Sequence record: MW845758.1
DNA: 64,000 bases
Direction: 5' to 3' (one strand)
Part shown: piece after piece, positions 58,938-64,000 of the stretch
Position numbering within the stretch: position 1 is the stretch's first letter
How the letters are laid out: each line of letters begins with the position of its first letter
Translations under genes and position numbers: made by a program
The notes under the pieces: generated by a model
What the model was told of the DNA's origin: nothing
What the model saw: only the letters and a program-made list of their open reading frames with translations
The model's database searches: none

Positions 58938-60267
58938 AAATGGCCAAGGAACGAACCAAGAAATACAAGAGTAGTGCAGTACGCACTGCCGACAATGCAG
59001 CATCATCACGCAAGTGGGTTTCTTTCTTCGCTAGGGCTTCGATACGCTTACGCAGGGACAGCACGTATTCATTCGAGGCTTTGGCAGCTTGGTACAATGC
59101 GCGCATGCGGTTGAGTAACGCGGCCACATCTCTGAAGTTAATGCGGTTCGAAACAATGAGGTCGAAGGAGTGACTCAACGTGTCCTCCATAATCGCCTCT
59201 ATCTCGTCACGTTTCTTCCCGAGGGGTAACTGTGCGATATACACCAACAACGTCTTCATGGCGTTAGGAGAGGCCTTAGGCACCATCTCCAGCACCACAC
59301 GCGCTAACTCCTCCTTGTACAGGTTGTTAATGCTATAAGAGGCATCAAACAGATTCTGCTTAGCGGTGTTGAACGCGGTGACTTTGTCGCGGATGATGGA
59401 TTCACCATCGAGTTCCACACGGGCTGACTGGGTAATCACACGACTGTTCTCACGACGCACCCGGTCCAACACTCCGTAGTAGTCTTTCACGGTTTGTTTG
59501 GTACGGGTGTTGAGGTCGGTGATAAAACGAATCAGCAATCCCGGTTGGTCGAACTTCTTGATGTTGTCCCAGTGTGGGGAATCCTTTGAACAGAAGTCCT
59601 GTGCACGTTGTTCGATGTGTGCACCCCAGTTACCCAGACGACGGATATCGAATTTCAGGGAAAGTTGGGAGTAGGTCGCTTCAGCCGCAGGCATGTCGAC
59701 AGGTTTCGGGAAGAAGTGGTAGTAGATACTCGAGTAGAATTTAAACTGGAGTAACTTCACAATCTCCACACCGGCCTTGTAGAAGTCCTTGTCATTGAAC
59801 GAGGGCATCAGTCGGTGCACCACGTAGGCAATGGTCAGGTTCATGGTGTCAGACGCCACGTTCCACGTCGGGTCAATCGTTTTGGTGTTAAGAATCATCT
59901 CCGAGAGTAAATCCTCATCGACCACCAACACTTGGTCAAACAGGGCATAGCGATCGGTATCGAAGAAACGGATACTGTGCACACCGAGCAGGTTCGACCC
60001 GAACCATTCGATATTGCCTTCGCGGGCGAACACCCCCGAGACGTAGTGCATGATACGTGTGCAGAGTTGCTTGTTGAACACGACCTTGGCAAAGGCTTGG
60101 TCGAACGCTTTGAGGAGAGCGGGATTCTTTAACGACTCCGTAGCAAGTTTCTGCTCGTCTTCGAAATCGTCATCGTCGTCCCAGTGTCTTTGCCCGTAAG
60201 GGACATGGCTGCGGTGTCCACCTTCGACATACGCACCCCGATTAAAATCATAAACTAAATCCGACAT
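58936..60267 (-). CDS. Conserved virion/head-associated protein
   Basis: 443 aa helical ORF convergent with the terminase operon; synteny inference. Confidence 0.65.
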   Translation of the reverse strand: MSDLVYDFNRGAYVEGGHRSHVPYGQRHWDDDDDFEDEQKLATESLKNPALLKAFDQAFAKVVFNKQLCTRIMHYVSGVFAREGNIEWFGSNLLGVHSIRFFDTDRYALFDQVLVVDEDLLSEMILNTKTIDPTWNVASDTMNLTIAYVVHRLMPSFNDKDFYKAGVEIVKLLQFKFYSSIYYHFFPKPVDMPAAEATYSQLSLKFDIRRLGNWGAHIEQRAQDFCSKDSPHWDNIKKFDQPGLLIRFITDLNTRTKQTVKDYYGVLDRVRRENSRVITQSARVELDGESIIRDKVTAFNTAKQNLFDASYSINNLYKEELARVVLEMVPKASPNAMKTLLVYIAQLPLGKKRDEIEAIMEDTLSHSFDLIVSNRINFRDVAALLNRMRALYQAAKASNEYVLSLRKRIEALAKKETHLRDDAALSAVRTALLLYFLVRSLAI

Positions 60268-60290
60268 AGCAGAACCTCTAACTTTTTACG

Positions 60291-60309
60291 GATAGATATT
60301 ATAAATGTG
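60291..60309 (+). promoter_or_regulatory. Phage promoter-like motif, copy 5 (GATAGATATTATA-AAT-GTG)
   Basis: One mismatch; divergent intergenic region. Confidence 0.65.
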
Positions 60310-60353
60310 ATAGTATACGCTATATATCATCTTAAATCATAAGGAGTTTTCTC

Positions 60354-61487
60354 ATGCCCACTCACTATCGCAAGGTCGATTGGTTCGAACACCTTCGTGC
60401 CCAAAAAATCGATTACGAAGAAGAAGTTAAACTGTGGATTAACCCCCACGGTTGCCTGTGCGAAATTAAAGAAATCGCTGGGGTCGTTGCACTGGTCAAC
60501 GGGGAGCACCACGCTATCAGCAGTCCCTTTGCCCAGATGTTATTCGACGCCGGCATTACCGGTCCGGTGGTAATCCACTCGACAGAAAGTATCCCGCAAA
60601 ATACCTCCCGTTGGTTAACTTGGTGGTTGAGCAGGAATCCCGCAGAAGACGACGAGTTGATTCGTACCGTCACCGTCTACACCTTCAGTTGCCGACCGAC
60701 GAAGAGCTTGCCCTTCAAAGTCGAAACGATGGAACCGGTGGTGATGCGAGCGGGGGACGTCCGTTCTACTGTGGGAATGCAGTCCCGGAATTTCCATATC
60801 TCGATGTTCGTTGTCGAGCTGGCAAATGGGACGAAGTACAGTCTCGAGCCACAGCGTTATGTTCAGTGTCAAATCGTTGCCTGTACCAAATACGGCTACG
60901 TGTTGCGCTCGGACAATAACAACGTGTTCATCGCAGACAAAATCTCAAGGCACGTTCAAGCCCAACTCCAGAATGCAAATCTGCGCAAGGATGACTTAGT
61001 TGGCACCCGTGTGAAAGTCCAGTTCACGATGTACACAGAAGGCAACCGCCTTTGCAATTACAAAAATCCCATCGTGCACCGGAGTAGCGCTCTCGATCAG
61101 TTGAGCGCTCCGACCGTCCCGTCATACGATGGCCCGTATCTCTTCGAGCCATTACCGCAAACTAACAATGCTACCCTGACGTCCACGCGCTGTTCGCGTG
61201 CGGCGATTACCGTGGTGGACGGCGTTATTTACGGCCGGGACGTTGAGTCCGGCGTGACCCTATTCACTTTCCGCAAAGGTGTTGAACCCGGAGTATATGG
61301 GGCGGAACTGGGAATCGGTGGTCAGGTCGAACACTGGCGATTTGAATCTCCCTACTCTGTAGACGCACTTGACCCAGAAGGGTTTGTGCACGCACTCGAG
61401 CCGAATTTGTATTTCTCGACCGGGTACAGTTTACAGCGTATCGGACTGCATTTCGCTGACCACACAAAGCAGTCTCTCATTGCATAG
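60354..61487 (+). CDS. Hypothetical protein, possibly a degenerate ATP-dependent ligase-like fold
   Basis: RBS AAGGAG; LVGTRVKVQFTMYTEGNRL..NP resembles a ligase OB domain. Confidence 0.6.
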   Translation: MPTHYRKVDWFEHLRAQKIDYEEEVKLWINPHGCLCEIKEIAGVVALVNGEHHAISSPFAQMLFDAGITGPVVIHSTESIPQNTSRWLTWWLSRNPAEDDELIRTVTVYTFSCRPTKSLPFKVETMEPVVMRAGDVRSTVGMQSRNFHISMFVVELANGTKYSLEPQRYVQCQIVACTKYGYVLRSDNNNVFIADKISRHVQAQLQNANLRKDDLVGTRVKVQFTMYTEGNRLCNYKNPIVHRSSALDQLSAPTVPSYDGPYLFEPLPQTNNATLTSTRCSRAAITVVDGVIYGRDVESGVTLFTFRKGVEPGVYGAELGIGGQVEHWRFESPYSVDALDPEGFVHALEPNLYFSTGYSLQRIGLHFADHTKQSLIA

Positions 61488-61497
61488 GAGTTTTATC

Positions 61498-62001
61498 ATG
61501 CTTACTGCAACACCAACGATGGGGCCCGCGGTGAACATCATCTGCCAAGACCGCAGACTGGTGGAGCTGTGCGACCAGTATATCATTACCGCCATTTTGA
61601 ACCACCACCCGCATGTCTATTTTGACACAGCACAGCTACTGGCAGCAGCAGCGGTTCTGCGGAGACTCGAAGGTCGTCTGACCATTGTCGAGTTCTGCGA
61701 TTTCATGGACACGCAACCGGACCTGATGTCAGGCCTCGTGGCGTTAACCCAAGATGGGGTAGGGTCGTTCGACAACGGTATCGGAAACTTCCTGGACTTC
61801 GGTTCCGGATTCGATGGTGGTATGATGTTTGTCACCAAAGAGCGTTTCGATGCTGTTTGGCAGTTCCTCGGCATGCGAGGTGTGACTGTACCCTATGCGC
61901 TGACACTGTTCAGCAACTGGGACATGAACATCTTCGGTGAAGCGGGGATTTGGGTTAAGCCGATTCAACTAGCGCTGGATGGTAACACCATTCATGACTA
62001 G
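61498..62001 (+). CDS. Hypothetical protein
   Basis: RBS AGGAG before ATG 61498. Confidence 0.8.
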   Translation: MLTATPTMGPAVNIICQDRRLVELCDQYIITAILNHHPHVYFDTAQLLAAAAVLRRLEGRLTIVEFCDFMDTQPDLMSGLVALTQDGVGSFDNGIGNFLDFGSGFDGGMMFVTKERFDAVWQFLGMRGVTVPYALTLFSNWDMNIFGEAGIWVKPIQLALDGNTIHD

Positions 62002-62399
62002 GGATAAGCATACGCCGACGTGCCGTTTGGTGCGTCGGCACCCTTTCTACCCATAGGGTAGGATTGATTTATTTTTTTTTGTCTAAAGTCCCTACTGGCA
62101 CTAAGGATTGGTCATTTTTTGACCAGTTAATACACCCCTTTCAAAACCCTTCTAAAAAGCATTTTAAGCGGACTGATGTTGACCCGGTACATTCGGGTTC
62201 CTTACCCCCACTTATGGTCTCTACGAGCCGTACAGAGCGTCTGAGCACCCATCCCAATCCGAATTCGTGGATGCGATTTGCCGCTGGGGTGAAATCGGCG
62301 CGGTCGCCGCACGTTAAAAAATATATTAGCGCTTGCGCGTTTTAGGATACTCAGGATAGCTTAGCTTGAGAGGCGATCTAGTCTCTCGCTAAGTGGTTT

Positions 62400-62700
62400 G
62401 TTCTGTTCCCTTTGAATCTTAAATTTTAATTAAAAAATACTTATAAATCAATTACTTACATCCCATTGCTAACCTACCGGTTAGCAACTGTTTAAATCTC
62501 TTCTATCTACGCGTGTGCGCGCACACGCCATTTCCTACAGGATCTTTTTGTTTTATATATAAATATTATTTAATTATATTTATATAATTATAATAATAGA
62601 TCATTATACCGCGCCCGCAAGCGCGTGATCCTTATTACTAGATCAATTTCAGGATTGAGAAGAATCGGGTGAGATCGATCCCCAATCCCCTCCTCGGATT
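62400..62700. other. AT-rich, GATC-clustered, palindrome-flanked element (candidate replication origin)
   Basis: 48 consecutive A/T (62551-62598), six GATC in 62541-62680, 18-bp perfect palindrome 62511-62528, hairpin 62466-62487. Confidence 0.5.
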
Positions 62701-62724
62701 TTTTACAGGGTTGTGTAGTATTCT

Positions 62725-63070
62725 ATGCAACTCCGATGTCTCGCCATGAACATCCGAGAGAGTTCCACACCCAACCGGTTAGCCCCCGGCGGTGTTCGCC
62801 GTAGTATCCTGAGTCGTGGTAAACACGTTTTGGCTCCAGTCCCTGTTCCGGACTCTGGCGGTGAGTTTCGGCTCACCGAACTTTTCAAAACGTTTGAGTT
62901 ATTACCTATGGCGAAAACGCATTTGGTTTCTCGAGCAAATCGGGAAACGTAACCAGACTAGCTAGCCAGCTAGTAATCTTCGACTGGACGATATTCAGCG
63001 AAGACTCAGACACGTGTATTCAGGTTACATGTGCCGGAAACCAGTTTGCCCCGCGTGCGGGGCCTTTTTC
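62725..63070 (+). ncRNA. Candidate structured non-coding RNA 1
   Basis: Consecutive hairpins, a multibranch with UUCG loop and a 3' intrinsic terminator; no convincing ORF. Confidence 0.4.
63048..63070 (+). terminator. Intrinsic terminator
   Basis: GCCCCG-CGTG-CGGGGC then CTTTTT. Confidence 0.75.
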
Positions 63071-63072
63071 GA

Positions 63073-63480
63073 GTGTCTTCTCGCGAAGACATTGGAAAAC
63101 GGTGTAATACGGCTTAGCCTTCGGGCAGAGTTCAGGTTCTTGTCTTACCCACCGTCGCTGCTAGGCTGAGCGGCATGCGGTGGCGGTTTGGGTTGCGGGG
63201 AGTTGTCCTGCCATTTGAATCTGACAAGTACCGTGGCAGTCTTGGGTGTGGTGAGGTTGGCGCGCGGCGTGAATACCCGCGTTCGGCATCTGCCGGTTGA
63301 TTACACAACCGTGATGGATGGCTAGCCCACCACCCCAGGATGGGGCCAGATTGCATGGTGTGCCTTCTGAGGGGGAGGGCACCACGGGGAGTGAGGTGAT
63401 CACTGTCTTGGCGGCTCGGAAAGACGAGAGGGGTGGGTGTCCACGCTGCGAAGCGTCGATGCCTAGCTGATTATTTTTTA
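63073..63480 (+). ncRNA. Candidate structured non-coding RNA 2
   Basis: G/U-rich; C(UUCG)G and GCGA tetraloops; two crossing 7-bp long-range helices. Confidence 0.35.
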
Positions 63481-63523
63481 CGGCAACCTTGGGTGTTATG
63501 TCTAAACCTCAAGGAATGTTACC

Positions 63524-64000
63524 ATGAATCTCGAAGAGCATTACAACAAGCCGCTGACCGTGTCGGGTGTTTGTGAGCTGCTGGCTGCTGAGCCGTTGTT
63601 GTCCACGGTTCCGCAATCCACACTGGCGGCTATCACCAACGTGTATCTCGGTAATCACCACATCAAGTCCGAAAACGCAACCAGTCGCTGGGTAACCGTG
63701 ACCGCGGGCGGTTCTGGCAAAGACGTTTGTGTCGCACAAGGCAAAGGCGATGCTCGCAGCGAAGGTGAAATTTACCAAGCGCTGCTAGCCAGTGCACTGA
63801 CCACGGTAATCGAGCGAATTGAAAAAACCGCACCACCTAGCCAAAAATCGATTGAGTTGTTTGTCCCAAGAAACAATCCAAGCGAGTGTGGTTTTGTTGT
63901 GGACGGTGAAGTGATGCCTGTTGCGCCGTTTGTGGAATGGATTCGTGCAGCACAAGACGAATTCCATAATCGCTATGCTCTTCTGCTGGAACATCACTTC
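63524..64000 (+). CDS. Hypothetical protein, truncated by the window end (MNLEEHYNKPLTVSGVCELL...)
   Basis: RBS AAGGA; frame open for 159 codons to the last base; missing from the ORF track because it has no stop. Confidence 0.8.
   Translation, partial: MNLEEHYNKPLTVSGVCELLAAEPLLSTVPQSTLAAITNVYLGNHHIKSENATSRWVTVTAGGSGKDVCVAQGKGDARSEGEIYQALLASALTTVIERIEKTAPPSQKSIELFVPRNNPSECGFVVDGEVMPVAPFVEWIRAAQDEFHNRYALLLEHHF

Noticed and set aside
62064-63403. Short ORFs 62064-62345, 62703-62888, 62725-62952, 63132-63356, 63161-63403
   Set aside because: No RBS, atypical codons, and they overlap dense hairpins; treated as non-coding
62002-63523. tRNA, tmRNA, RNase P, SRP, CRISPR array or group I/II intron in the gene-free region
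   Set aside because: No TTCRA T-loop with cloverleaf, no GAGGAAAGTCC, no regular repeat-spacer units. CAGACTA (62954) resembles a group I P7 strand but has no TAGTC partner, and there is no group II domain V
1-64000. Chimallin, PhuZ, major capsid and DNA polymerase genes
   Set aside because: None recognised in this window, so the nucleus-forming lifestyle is inferred from relatives and not shown here

Overview
A 64-kb segment of a lytic jumbo phage of the phiKZ/SPN3US type (Chimalliviridae-like, roughly 50% GC). The assignment rests on motif recognition and gene order, not a database search. Recognisable core genes: RNase H, RecA/UvsX-like ATPase, four pieces of the split virion RNA polymerase, a 2439-aa tape-measure/lytic transglycosylase protein, prohead protease, tail tube and sheath, virion proteins, large terminase and thymidylate synthase. 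Accessory blocks lie between them: a candidate i-spanin/o-spanin pair, an operon of acidic helical proteins with a shared N-terminal strand, and several nucleotide-processing or possible counter-defence genes (NADAR/T4 gp30.3-like, CYTH, MazG-like, HAD nucleotidase, HD hydrolase, free-standing HNH). Two odd mini-proteins stand out: a signal-less beta-barrel-like fragment and a free-standing mimic of the ribonucleotide-reductase alpha C-terminal CxxC tail. A five-copy promoter-like motif (GATAGATRTTATM-N3-GTG) and a three-copy bulged-A bidirectional terminator recur. A ~1.5-kb gene-free region (62002-63523) holds an oriC-like AT/GATC element and two densely structured candidate ncRNAs. I found no tRNA, rRNA, CRISPR array, intron or intein.
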